Source: an uncultured Planctomycetia bacterium (GTDB lineage Bacteria; Omnitrophota; Gorgyraeia; Tantalellales; Tantalellaceae). Taken from it: a DNA stretch of 64,000 nt. Where the stretch lies: positions 4,398 to 68,397 of the forward strand of contig CAZGOZ010000001.1 in assembly GCA_964528025.1 (NCBI GenBank), written 5' to 3'. The stretch's first letter is position 1. Each line of letters opens with the position of its first letter. Shown here piece by piece: positions 1-9,327 of the stretch. A program made the position numbers and the translations under genes. Under the pieces are notes generated by a model that saw nothing but the letters and a program-made list of their open reading frames with translations, was not told the DNA's origin and did no database searches.

Positions 1-2998
1 GCTTTTCCCTGTCGGACACCTCCTTGGGCGTTGCATCATCGTCGCCTTCAAATCCTACAATTTCCGGAAAAACTTCTCCTGTCTCTCTCTTTGCTCTCTT
101 CTTCGCAATCTCTTTCAGAATATCAATCAAAACATCGTTCATTTCATCGGTATCCGGAACGTCTTTACTCGTCAGACCGGATTCCTTAAAAGAGGCATTA
201 ATTCTTTCTCTGACACCGAGCGTTATCTTTCCTTTTTCGGCTTCGTTCAGATCCGCGGCCGTGATACCCATATCCGCAATCAGTCGGTCTGCTGCCTGTT
301 TTATTACCGGTCCTCTTCTTTCTATAATTGCGGCTATAGTCGCCTGCTCTGCTTTATCTGATTCCTCGGGCGAGACGCGTTTTTGGATATCTGTCTTTTT
401 AGGATTTTTTCTTACCCCTTTTCCCCTAAAAAGAAGATTATTGCTTATTGCCTCTCTCCCTACCGCGACTCTTCCCAAAATAGCATTTAATATTTCCTTA
501 TTTTTCGCATATTTAGCGCGAATTTTCTCCGATATACCCGCATTCATAAAAGCGGCATCGCACCTTTCATAAATCAACTGAGAGAATATCCATTTATCCA
601 CCAGAGAAAGATCTCTGTCCATCAGGCCCGGGTCCTCCACGAGCGTCTTCACAGCCTCGGAGATCTGTTCTTCAGACGCAACTGCCGCATCTTCCTTTAT
701 GCGGCGAATTTCATCTTCGCGTTCCTGTTCAATCTTTTCCCTGAGCTTTTCTTCTTTTTTTATTTCGCTTCTTTTCTCCCGGGCTCCTTTCACCATTTTG
801 AGCAAAACGTCCGGGCTCCACATGATCTTTGCAGCGTCAGCTCCCCCGATTTTTTCGGCTTTTTCTTGAATTTTCATCGCCATGTCTTCGTTTATACTTT
901 TTCCTTCATCCGCGGTCATCAGATCTCGATCCGTCAGTGACGTATCTGCCGCGATCGCCGCAATAAGTTTCTCTCCATATTTTTCGGCAGCTGTATTTGC
1001 AAGAGAATTTCTTTTATCCAGAGCTTCCCTACAAAGCTTTACGAGTGACAACGGACCAATATGTCTCACCTTTATTTCTTTTTGCTCCAGCAGTTTATTC
1101 AGCTGGGTCTCCAGTTGCTTGGGCATTTTGATGGTCTTTAAAAAAACGCTTATATCCTTACTGTCTATATCCACTAGCTCAGCCAGAAGATTCAACAGCT
1201 CCGCGTATTTCGCCTCAAATATTCCTTCGTTTCGTTTCTGACGCCCGGCAGCATAATCTCTCGTCAAGAGATTTTCATCGAGATCTATGACGGTGAAGGA
1301 TTTTGACAAAAGGCTTTCCAATCCCTCTTGTTTTAAAATGGCGGCCGCGTTATCAAAGCATTCTTCAACCGAAAGATCACCGTTGATTTTCCTTAAAAGA
1401 CCTTCTTTCTCATAGTATTTAAGAAGATCCCCTATTTTTTCATTATATACAGACAGCCGTTTCTTTACTGTCTCCGGCTTATCATCGTCTCTTTGCCTAA
1501 GCTCGTTCCCACAGTTATCACATATTCCTTTTTCTTTCGGTGCCGTGGTGCCCGTGATGTTATAAATCTTGCTACATTCCTTACATACCAGACGTCCGGA
1601 AAGTCTTTCGATAATAACTTCTTCGCTTGTTTCAAAATACAAAATAGCATCCAGAGAACGTCCTCTTTTCTTCAACTCATTATCAAGAAATTCAGCCTGT
1701 GGCCTGTTCCGCGGATATCCGTCAAACATCACGCCGTCTGCCGAGTCCAGCTTGATTATCCAATTGATCAAGACACTCTTAACAACAGAATTGGGAACAA
1801 GTTCCCCGGCATCCATATATCTCTGGGCCTCTAACCCGATCTCGCTGCCTTCCTCAACGGCCGCCCGCAACATATCGCCGGTGGAGACATGTAATAAACC
1901 ATGGTTGTCTTTTAACACATTAGCCAGCGTTCCCTTGCCAGCGCCGTTCGGTCCTAAAAGCACCAGATTAATCCCGCTCGCGTTATTCGCGCTGTATCTT
2001 ACGTCAATCTCGTTAACAGGAACGCCGCCGTTGAAGGATTCAACCGGACAGCCGAACATGACGCCTAGTTCATGCGCGAGACGTTCGCGCAGCATCTCCT
2101 CTGAATACACTTCCGGCAGGAAAATATACGTGGCGTAAGCGCTTGAATGGGCGTATGCCGTGACTTCACGGCTGTTGCTGTCTTTATTGATAACAGTAAC
2201 TTTATTTTTTTCAAGACGTTTTTCAAACGCATCCCCGTCACGATACGTAACCACATAAAATTTTCTATTTTGCGTAAGTTTATCTTTATTTTCAACGGTT
2301 ATGTTAGCCTTCTCCAGAATTGCGTCAATATGTTCTCGTGCGTCTATCTCCCTCACAAGGCCTTCTTGATCATGCGCCCACTTAATTACGTTTTTGTCAA
2401 ACTGCTCATGTTGACGATATCTTTCCACAGTGGCCGGGCCTTCCGCGGAAGAGAATATTGCATCCGTCTCCTGCGCCGCGTCCTGAGCCGCACGCAGCTC
2501 GTCTTCAGTGCATACCACGACGGGAAAACCGCCATGCGCGTCTTTTTTTGTGGAAAAAGCCAGAAGGTAATTCTGGCGTGTGTTAGAAACTAGTTTTTTA
2601 ACATGAACAGGCACCGAAAATACCGCCCCTGCGACATGTTGGATATCACGAAAATAACACTTCACCTCCGCCGGGTCATTTAGCGTGGCCTCGTTCCACT
2701 TCTTATATAGAAAACGCCCCGAGTCATTGATGACCTTCTTAATAGCGCCTAGATCACTCACGTTATTAATAGCCTGGGTTTTTCCGTCAAGCTTATGCAG
2801 TTCACTTTGAAGCCCAATCATGGCAAGGGCGGCAAATTTATGTTTGTATGGATCCAACCCGATGGCCTTACCAAAAACAAGCTCCGGCCCAAGACAAGCG
2901 TCTCTAACTGGAACAACGGTGTCGCCATAAGCGGCCACGATGCCATTCATCATCAGACATAAAGCCATGGCTATAGATACTATTTTGCGTAAAAACAT
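1..2998 (-). CDS. Large putatively exported multidomain protein with embedded adenylate kinase domain (3' end beyond window start)
   Basis: Manual translation from ATG 2998 (RBS AAGGGA upstream): MFLRKIVSIAMALCLMMNGIVAAYG signal-like N-terminus; no stop found; ADK domain at 1319-1969 (GPNGAGKGT, STGDMLR, FDGYPR, CxxC...CxxC, RDDD). Probably absent from the ORF track because it runs off the window. Confidence 0.9.
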   Translation of the reverse strand, partial: MFLRKIVSIAMALCLMMNGIVAAYGDTVVPVRDACLGPELVFGKAIGLDPYKHKFAALAMIGLQSELHKLDGKTQAINNVSDLGAIKKVINDSGRFLYKKWNEATLNDPAEVKCYFRDIQHVAGAVFSVPVHVKKLVSNTRQNYLLAFSTKKDAHGGFPVVVCTEDELRAAQDAAQETDAIFSSAEGPATVERYRQHEQFDKNVIKWAHDQEGLVREIDAREHIDAILEKANITVENKDKLTQNRKFYVVTYRDGDAFEKRLEKNKVTVINKDSNSREVTAYAHSSAYATYIFLPEVYSEEMLRERLAHELGVMFGCPVESFNGGVPVNEIDVRYSANNASGINLVLLGPNGAGKGTLANVLKDNHGLLHVSTGDMLRAAVEEGSEIGLEAQRYMDAGELVPNSVVKSVLINWIIKLDSADGVMFDGYPRNRPQAEFLDNELKKRGRSLDAILYFETSEEVIIERLSGRLVCKECSKIYNITGTTAPKEKGICDNCGNELRQRDDDKPETVKKRLSVYNEKIGDLLKYYEKEGLLRKINGDLSVEECFDNAAAILKQEGLESLLSKSFTVIDLDENLLTRDYAAGRQKRNEGIFEAKYAELLNLLAELVDIDSKDISVFLKTIKMPKQLETQLNKLLEQKEIKVRHIGPLSLVKLCREALDKRNSLANTAAEKYGEKLIAAIAADTSLTDRDLMTADEGKSINEDMAMKIQEKAEKIGGADAAKIMWSPDVLLKMVKGAREKRSEIKKEEKLREKIEQEREDEIRRIKEDAAVASEEQISEAVKTLVEDPGLMDRDLSLVDKWIFSQLIYERCDAAFMNAGISEKIRAKYAKNKEILNAILGRVAVGREAISNNLLFRGKGVRKNPKKTDIQKRVSPEESDKAEQATIAAIIERRGPVIKQAADRLIADMGITAADLNEAEKGKITLGVRERINASFKESGLTSKDVPDTDEMNDVLIDILKEIAKKRAKRETGEVFPEIVGFEGDDDATPKEVSDREK

Positions 2999-3170
2999 TT
3001 ATTCCCTTTTCTTTCTCTTAAAATACCATTATCCAAATTTCACCCGTTCTACCGATGCTCTATACTAACAGATTACACCCCCCACTGTCCACCAAAATAA
3101 CCATCTTTTTTCCCCTAACTTCCAGCCCCGGGCCGGAAAAGAGTGGCTAGACCAATAAAAAATGGGCTTG

Positions 3171-3316
3171 TGAGCATTAGACGCTGGCTGAGAGCATTGG
3201 AACAGTTGAGCAGTAGACCGCAATGGATCCCCGCTTTCGCGGGGATGACACATAAATCTACTATCCAGTGACCAGTGACATACTACTGCTCAAATGCTCC
3301 ACTGCTCCATTGCTCC
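3171..3316. repeat. 8-nt periodic inverted-repeat element (GGAGCANT-like) with nested REP palindrome at 3221-3250
   Basis: Left arm gagcattg/gaacagtt/gagcagta; right arm ctactgctcaaatgctccactgctccattgctcc. Confidence 0.65.
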
Positions 3317-3949
3317 ACAAACTTTGTCCTTATAAGGACAAAGTTTGTTCAAGGGACATTCGGGGCAGAGGGGCTTGCGTGCCGTGCAGAACTTGCGTCC
3401 GTGGGATATTAGGAGATTTGACAGATTGCCCCATTTTTGCCTATCAAAAAGCGCCATGAGGTCACGTTCTATCTTGACTGGATTTGTGTGCTTTGTAAGG
3501 CCCAGGCGGCCGCTGAGGCGCTGTACATGAGTATCTACGGCTATTCCCTCGTTTTTTCCGTAGGCGTGGAAAAGTACTATATTCGCGGTTTTTCGGGCCA
3601 CTCCGGGCAGGGTAATGAGGTCTTCCATGTTATCGGGGACCTTTCCGCCGAAATCGCGAACGAGCATTTTAGCGGCGGCGATAATGTTTTTCGCCTTGTT
3701 CCGGTAAAAGCCTGTTGACCTTATTTCCTCTTCAAATTTTGATTTTTTCGCATTCGCGTAATCTGCCACTTTTTTATACTTTTTAAAAAGGTGTTCCGTG
3801 ACCATGTTAACGCGTTTATCCGTGCACTGCGCGGACAATATCGTAGCCACGAGAATCTCCAGGGCGTTCGCGTGTTTCAGCGCGGTCGTGACTTCCGGAT
3901 ATTCCGCCTCAAGCGTTTTATATATTTTGTTTGCTGTTTTTTTGTCCAT
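3290..3949 (-). CDS. nth: Endonuclease III
   Basis: HhH LPGVARKTA, AVDTHV, C-terminal 4Fe-4S CTARKPLCPECPLNKLC; start moved to MDKK (3949) because the upstream extension translates a REP. Confidence 0.95.
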   Translation of the reverse strand: MDKKTANKIYKTLEAEYPEVTTALKHANALEILVATILSAQCTDKRVNMVTEHLFKKYKKVADYANAKKSKFEEEIRSTGFYRNKAKNIIAAAKMLVRDFGGKVPDNMEDLITLPGVARKTANIVLFHAYGKNEGIAVDTHVQRLSGRLGLTKHTNPVKIERDLMALFDRQKWGNLSNLLISHGRKFCTARKPLCPECPLNKLCPYKDKVCGAMEQWSI

Positions 3950-3971
3950 GATGGTTTGTCCTGTTTCGTTT

Positions 3972-3997
3972 CGGGCGGGCACAAGGCCCGCCCCTAC
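3972..3997. repeat. GTAG-type REP palindrome
   Basis: gggcgggcacaaggcccgcccctac, same as copy at 63820-63844. Confidence 0.8.
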
Positions 3998-4188
3998 GAA
4001 TTTTATGACCTTACTTCCGTTCCGGAAAAGAAAAAGAGATTGGGTCACTCCGGAAAGCTTTTCGAAATTCCAACAACCCACAAACACACTGATTTTTACC
4101 GCGAAAGACGCGTTGTGAGTGTTTCGTACGGACTATGTCCGGTAGAAATACTCACAACGTGTCCCACACAAATACATTGATGCGATTT

Positions 4189-5916
4189 CTATTTTCTTCG
4201 GAATCGTTTCTCCAATTCCTCTATCGTAACCTTCGTTGTGGTTGGGCGGCCGTGGGGGCAGGTGAAGGGGAGGGAACACCTGCTGAGTTGATCCAGGAGT
4301 GAGATCATCTCTTCTTTCTCCATTGCATCGCCGGATTTTATTGCCGCGCGGCAGGACGTCATTTTGACGAGCTCCTCGGAAAGGTTCATTCGCGCGAGGT
4401 CGCGCGATGCCAGATCCGTAAGGATATCATGTATGACCGTGGTTATGTCCCTATCCTTCAAGATGGCGGGCACTGCCTGGGCTATAAATGTCTTTCCTCC
4501 GAACGGTTCAATATGAAAACCAAGATTTTTGAAATCCCCTATTACTTTTTCCATGATGACCGCTTCGCCGGCAGAAAGATCTATACGCGCCGGGAACAAA
4601 AGATTCTGTGTCTCCGGTGGATTTTCTTCCGTGGCTCTCGTGAAAAATTCATATAGCACCCTTTCATGCGCCGCATGCTGATCCGTAATCATAATACCAT
4701 CCGGGGCCAATTGCACGATGTAACAGGCTCCTATCTGGAACAAACCGGAGCTTTCTGAGAGAAAGCGGTCTTCATCCCGGGAGAAAGACGCAATCCCTTT
4801 CGTCTGAAACGGGCCTTTCCGCAGGTTATACCCGAACTCGCTCTGGACCTCGTCGTTTTCCTCAAACACGCTGTCCGGCGCCGCTGAAGTGCCGTCTTCC
4901 GGGCCGCAGGGGAAAACCTCGGGAACCGTTCTGCGAATCTCGCTGAATTTATTCTTTATTGCCCCTACAACAAGGTTTTTCACTGTCTTATCATCGTCAA
5001 ATTTTACCTGAAGTTTCGTCGGGTGCACGTTTACATCAACCGCGCTCGGGGAAACCTTCAGAAAAAGCACGGCGGCAGGGTATCGCCCTCTCTCCAGCAG
5101 GCTCCTGTAAGCCCCATAAACAGCGTCATTGATGAGGTTGCTCCTGAAAAATCTTTTGTTGACGAAAAACATCTGCCCGCGGCGGTCTTTTCTGGTATGA
5201 GAAGGACTGCTCACATATCCACTGATCTCATATCCTTCAAAAGAATGCGTTATTTCTACCATGTGGTCGGAAACGTCTCCCCCAAGCACCAGCCGTATTC
5301 TTTCTTTCATGTCCGCGTTTTTTGCGCCGTCCAGAAGGCGTCTTCCGTCCTGCGTTAACCTAAACTCAATATCCGGATGCCCTATGATAAATTTTCCGAC
5401 GACATCCACGACTGCGGCCAGCTCCGTGGATTCTCTTTTCAGGAATTTCCGACGAGCCGGAACATTATAAAAAAGGTTTCTGATCTCTACCGTCGTTCCA
5501 GTCGTGCGCGCCGCCGGGCGCGTCTTCAACATCTGGCCGCCCTCAAGATAAACGTATACACCTGAGCCGGCCGCCGCTGTCCGGGTCGTGACCTCCGTCT
5601 GTGAAACGGCGGCTATACTTGAAAGCGCTTCCCCCCTGAATCCCAGGGTGGTGATTTTCTCAAGATCATCAATACTCCTCAATTTACTCGTAGCATAACG
5701 TCCGCACGCCATTTTCGCGTCTTCCGGCGTCATGCCCGACCCGTCATCCGCAACCCTGATGAGTTCCTGCCCCGCAGCGCTCAGTTCTATCTCAATGCTC
5801 TTTGAGCCGGCGTCAATCGCGTTTTCCACCAGTTCTTTGACAACGGATGCCGGACGTTCCACGACTTCTCCCGCGGATATCTTCCCGATAACGGCATCAC
5901 TGAGTATGTTTATCAT
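4189..5916 (-). CDS. mutL: DNA mismatch repair protein MutL
   Basis: GEVVERPASVVKELVEN, GFRGEAL, DQHAAHER, CPHGRP. Confidence 0.97.
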   Translation of the reverse strand: MINILSDAVIGKISAGEVVERPASVVKELVENAIDAGSKSIEIELSAAGQELIRVADDGSGMTPEDAKMACGRYATSKLRSIDDLEKITTLGFRGEALSSIAAVSQTEVTTRTAAAGSGVYVYLEGGQMLKTRPAARTTGTTVEIRNLFYNVPARRKFLKRESTELAAVVDVVGKFIIGHPDIEFRLTQDGRRLLDGAKNADMKERIRLVLGGDVSDHMVEITHSFEGYEISGYVSSPSHTRKDRRGQMFFVNKRFFRSNLINDAVYGAYRSLLERGRYPAAVLFLKVSPSAVDVNVHPTKLQVKFDDDKTVKNLVVGAIKNKFSEIRRTVPEVFPCGPEDGTSAAPDSVFEENDEVQSEFGYNLRKGPFQTKGIASFSRDEDRFLSESSGLFQIGACYIVQLAPDGIMITDQHAAHERVLYEFFTRATEENPPETQNLLFPARIDLSAGEAVIMEKVIGDFKNLGFHIEPFGGKTFIAQAVPAILKDRDITTVIHDILTDLASRDLARMNLSEELVKMTSCRAAIKSGDAMEKEEMISLLDQLSRCSLPFTCPHGRPTTTKVTIEELEKRFRRK

Positions 5917-6001
5917 GTTTGTTGTTTCCTTCCCATCTTTTCATGCCCTTAAACAGATGACGTTCCTATTTATCACACTAATAAATAGGTGACGTCCCTA
6001 T

Positions 6002-8617
6002 TTAATCGCCGTTCCCGACTTCTTTTTTAAGCTCTGCTAGTTTTTTTAGGGCTTCTAGTGGGGTTAGGCTGTCGGGGTTTAGGTTCTTGATCTTGTCTAT
6101 AATGGGGTGTTCTTTTTGTTCGGCGTTGAAAAAATTTAGTTGGTCATTTTGTGTTTTTTTCTTTTTTGAAAAACGCAGACGGATATTGCCTGTGGTAGAA
6201 TCTTTTTGCAGATTATCCAGGATCTCACGCGCTCGCGTGATTACGGCGCCGGGCATGCCGGCCAGACGCGCAACGTGTATGCCGAAACTTTCGTCACAAC
6301 TCCCCTCGGTCACCTTATAAAGGAATATGATTTCATCACACCATTCCTTAATCGCAAGATGATAGTTCTTAACCCCGCGCATGACATCCGCCAATTCCGT
6401 GAGTTCGTGATAATGCGTGGCGAACAGCGCCTTTGCGCCCGGAAGATGCCCGTGTATGAATTCAACTGTCGCCCACGCAATGGCTACACCGTCAAATGTG
6501 CTCGTTCCCCTTCCAATCTCATCCAGGATAATAAGGCTTTTCCCGGTAGCATTGTTAAGTATGTTAGCCGTCTCCAGCATCTCCACCATGAACGTGCTCA
6601 TGCCGTGATATAATCTGTCCGAAGCGCCGACACGCGTGAAGATCCTGTCCACTATCCCGATATCCGCGGAGGAGGCCGGAACAAAACTCCCCATCTGGGC
6701 CATTATGATAATGAGCGCCATCTGCCGTATGAATGTCGATTTGCCCGCCATGTTAGATCCGGTTATTATAAAAACCCGTTTGTCCTCGTCGTTCATAGAA
6801 ACATCATTCGGCACGAACGCCTTGTCTTTCAGTATTTTCTCAAGAACGGGATGACGACCATCAACAACACTTATGCCGCTGCCGGTATTCATCTCCGGAC
6901 GACAGTAACGGTTCACGACAGCGCTTTCCGCGAGATTTGACAGGACATCTGTTTCGGCAACACGACGGGCCGTTTTTTTTAATCGTTCAATCTCGGCCCC
7001 GACCTTATCACGCAGGCAAGAAAACGCTTCATATTCCATGACCCTCGCGCGCTCGGAGGCCCCTATTATCTTTGATTCCTGCTCTTTCAGCGCCTGAGTG
7101 ATAAACCGTTCCGCGTTCACGAGGGTCTGCTTGCGCACATAATCGGACGGAACGGCGTCCAGATTGGCCCTAGTAACTTCAATATAATACCCGAACACAC
7201 TGTTAAACCCTACCTTGAGAGAGTTTATCCCCGTCCGCTTGATCTCACTTTTTTGAAGATCCGCGACCCAGTCCTTTCCTCCGTTCACCAAACGTCTCAA
7301 CTCGTCAATCTCCGGAGAATATCCCTCCTTTATCAGCCCACCCTCATGCAAACCGACCGGTGGCGATGCCACGAGACAGTCATCCATCCATTTTATCACA
7401 TCGCTGAAATCGTCCAGCTCCGTTATAATATCCTGCAGACCCGGCGGTATTTTTCCGGAAAAACCGGTCCGCATCCGGCCGACATTTTTAAGAGAGGCCC
7501 CAAGCGCCGTCATGTCTCTGGCGTTGGCCATGCCCATATTTACCCGGCCGGAAAGCCGTTCTATATCGTACATGTCGTTGAGAAGTTCTCTTACTTTGCG
7601 GCGGCATGACGTGTTGTCGTAAAAATACTGCACGACATCCAGGCGGTTCTTTATTTCATCAACACTTGTAAGAGGGTTTAATATCCATTCTTTGAGTTTT
7701 CTTTTTCCCATCGGGGTTTTTGTCCCGTCAAGAACCTCAAAGAGCGTCCCCCTGGCGGATAGGTCCTCCTGGTTCCGTATAAGTTCCAGGTGGCGATGAG
7801 AATTCCGGTCCATGGCCATGAAGTGATCCGCGCGGCGCGTGGATATAACGTCTATATTCCCCAGTCGGTTTTTCTGCGTGTTCTTCAGATATTTTAAAAG
7901 CGCGCCGGCGGCTTCCACCGCGGCGTTCAATTCGGAGCATCCAAATCCTTCAAGACTTTCCACCGCAAAATGATGTTTAATCTCCTTCAGGGACAATTCA
8001 TGATCAAACATCCAGTCGTCGTTCACGGTCAACACGCCGAGGTTTGCCTTATTAAATTCATGGAAATCTTTATTTTTGTGGAAACTTTCGGAAACCAGAC
8101 ATTCTGAAGGTGAGATTTTATAGAGTTCAGCAAAAAGGTCTTCTTTGTTGTCAAACTCCATGACGCAGAATTCGCCGGTTGATATGTCCGCGTACGCAAT
8201 GCCGAATTTCGCGCCGGATACGCTGAGTGAAAGAATATAATTGTTTACCGCCCCTTCCAGCAGGGTATCTGCCGTGACCGTCCCCGGCGTCACTATACGC
8301 GTGACCTCTCTTCGAACAATGCTTTTGCCCGCGACCGGCGCTTCCATTTGGTCGCAAATAGCGACTTTTTTTCCGTGTTTTATAAGTCGTGCGATGTAGT
8401 TGTCTGCGGCGTGATAAGGAATGCCGCACATCGGCACTTTTTTATCCTTATCTTTACCTCTGGAAGTCAGCGTGATGTGAAGTATGCGCGTGGCCTCGAC
8501 GGCATCATCGAAGAACATCTCATAGAAATCGCCGAGTCGGAAGAAAAGAATAGAATCGGTATGCTGCTGCTTGATATCCAGATATTGCCGCATCATCGGC
8601 GTAAGAGCTGATCCCAT
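6002..8617 (-). CDS. mutS: DNA mismatch repair protein MutS
   Basis: TPMMRQY, FFRLGDFYEMF, TGSNMAGKST, DEIGRGTST; start 8617 with GGAG RBS. Confidence 0.97.
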   Translation of the reverse strand: MGSALTPMMRQYLDIKQQHTDSILFFRLGDFYEMFFDDAVEATRILHITLTSRGKDKDKKVPMCGIPYHAADNYIARLIKHGKKVAICDQMEAPVAGKSIVRREVTRIVTPGTVTADTLLEGAVNNYILSLSVSGAKFGIAYADISTGEFCVMEFDNKEDLFAELYKISPSECLVSESFHKNKDFHEFNKANLGVLTVNDDWMFDHELSLKEIKHHFAVESLEGFGCSELNAAVEAAGALLKYLKNTQKNRLGNIDVISTRRADHFMAMDRNSHRHLELIRNQEDLSARGTLFEVLDGTKTPMGKRKLKEWILNPLTSVDEIKNRLDVVQYFYDNTSCRRKVRELLNDMYDIERLSGRVNMGMANARDMTALGASLKNVGRMRTGFSGKIPPGLQDIITELDDFSDVIKWMDDCLVASPPVGLHEGGLIKEGYSPEIDELRRLVNGGKDWVADLQKSEIKRTGINSLKVGFNSVFGYYIEVTRANLDAVPSDYVRKQTLVNAERFITQALKEQESKIIGASERARVMEYEAFSCLRDKVGAEIERLKKTARRVAETDVLSNLAESAVVNRYCRPEMNTGSGISVVDGRHPVLEKILKDKAFVPNDVSMNDEDKRVFIITGSNMAGKSTFIRQMALIIIMAQMGSFVPASSADIGIVDRIFTRVGASDRLYHGMSTFMVEMLETANILNNATGKSLIILDEIGRGTSTFDGVAIAWATVEFIHGHLPGAKALFATHYHELTELADVMRGVKNYHLAIKEWCDEIIFLYKVTEGSCDESFGIHVARLAGMPGAVITRAREILDNLQKDSTTGNIRLRFSKKKKTQNDQLNFFNAEQKEHPIIDKIKNLNPDSLTPLEALKKLAELKKEVGNGD

Positions 8618-8713
8618 GTTGCACTCTCCACGTGGTAGGTTTAAAACCCTTTGATCTGCGGCAGGCAAGCCCGCCGAAGGCGGGTCCGCCTTTGGCGGGA
8701 AAATCGGTGATTG

Positions 8714-9319
8714 TTATCCGATGGATTTTCTCTGGAACCTTTTGAAAAGACCTCTCTTAGTGACCTTTTCACGTTCCGTTTTCGCTTTTTCTTTTTTGAC
8801 GTCGATGGCGGAATGTTTATCTTTTTCTTCCGTTTTTGCGTTGGGGTGAACGGTTTTTGTTGTTTCCCGTTCTTCTTTCTTTCCCTTTTGCGCTTTCGGT
8901 TTCCGCTTTTTTTCTTTCTCTTTTGTATCGATGCCTAAAAGTTCTTCATCCGAGATGGTTCTCTTCGTCAGTTCCATGATGGCCAAGCGCGCGCCATCAC
9001 CTCTTCTGTCACCAAATGCCATTATACGCGTGTATCCACCGTTCACGTCTTTATACAAAGGGGCCAGGTTGGTAAACAGTTTTTTTACGATATCTTTATC
9101 TGAGAGTCTTTGGAACGCCCGCCGCATCGCGGTTATCGAACCGGGATTTTTTTTCGCCAGCGTTATCAGCGGTTCCGCGAAACTTCGCAAAGCGCGCGCC
9201 TTGGCCATCGTAGTTTCTATACGCTCATGCAGGAAAAGATCGTTAGCGAGACTCTTGAGCGTGGCTTTCCGCCAGGCCGTGTTTCTTGAAAGCCTTCCCT
9301 TTTTCTTGCGGTGTCTCAT
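8714..9319 (-). CDS. rplQ: 50S ribosomal protein L17 with charged C-terminal extension
   Basis: MRHRKKKGRLSR, GGYTRI, RRGDGA. Confidence 0.96.
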   Translation of the reverse strand: MRHRKKKGRLSRNTAWRKATLKSLANDLFLHERIETTMAKARALRSFAEPLITLAKKNPGSITAMRRAFQRLSDKDIVKKLFTNLAPLYKDVNGGYTRIMAFGDRRGDGARLAIMELTKRTISDEELLGIDTKEKEKKRKPKAQKGKKEERETTKTVHPNAKTEEKDKHSAIDVKKEKAKTEREKVTKRGLFKRFQRKSIG

Positions 9320-9327
9320 TTTACCGT

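Noticed and set aside
2060-2080. AHELGV as a zinc metalloprotease motif in the large protein
   Set aside because: The second His of HExxH is missing, so protease activity cannot be supported.
24-2593. Plus-strand ORFs here and opposite the housekeeping genes throughout the window
   Set aside because: They are antisense shadows of well-supported minus-strand genes, with no recognisable motifs.
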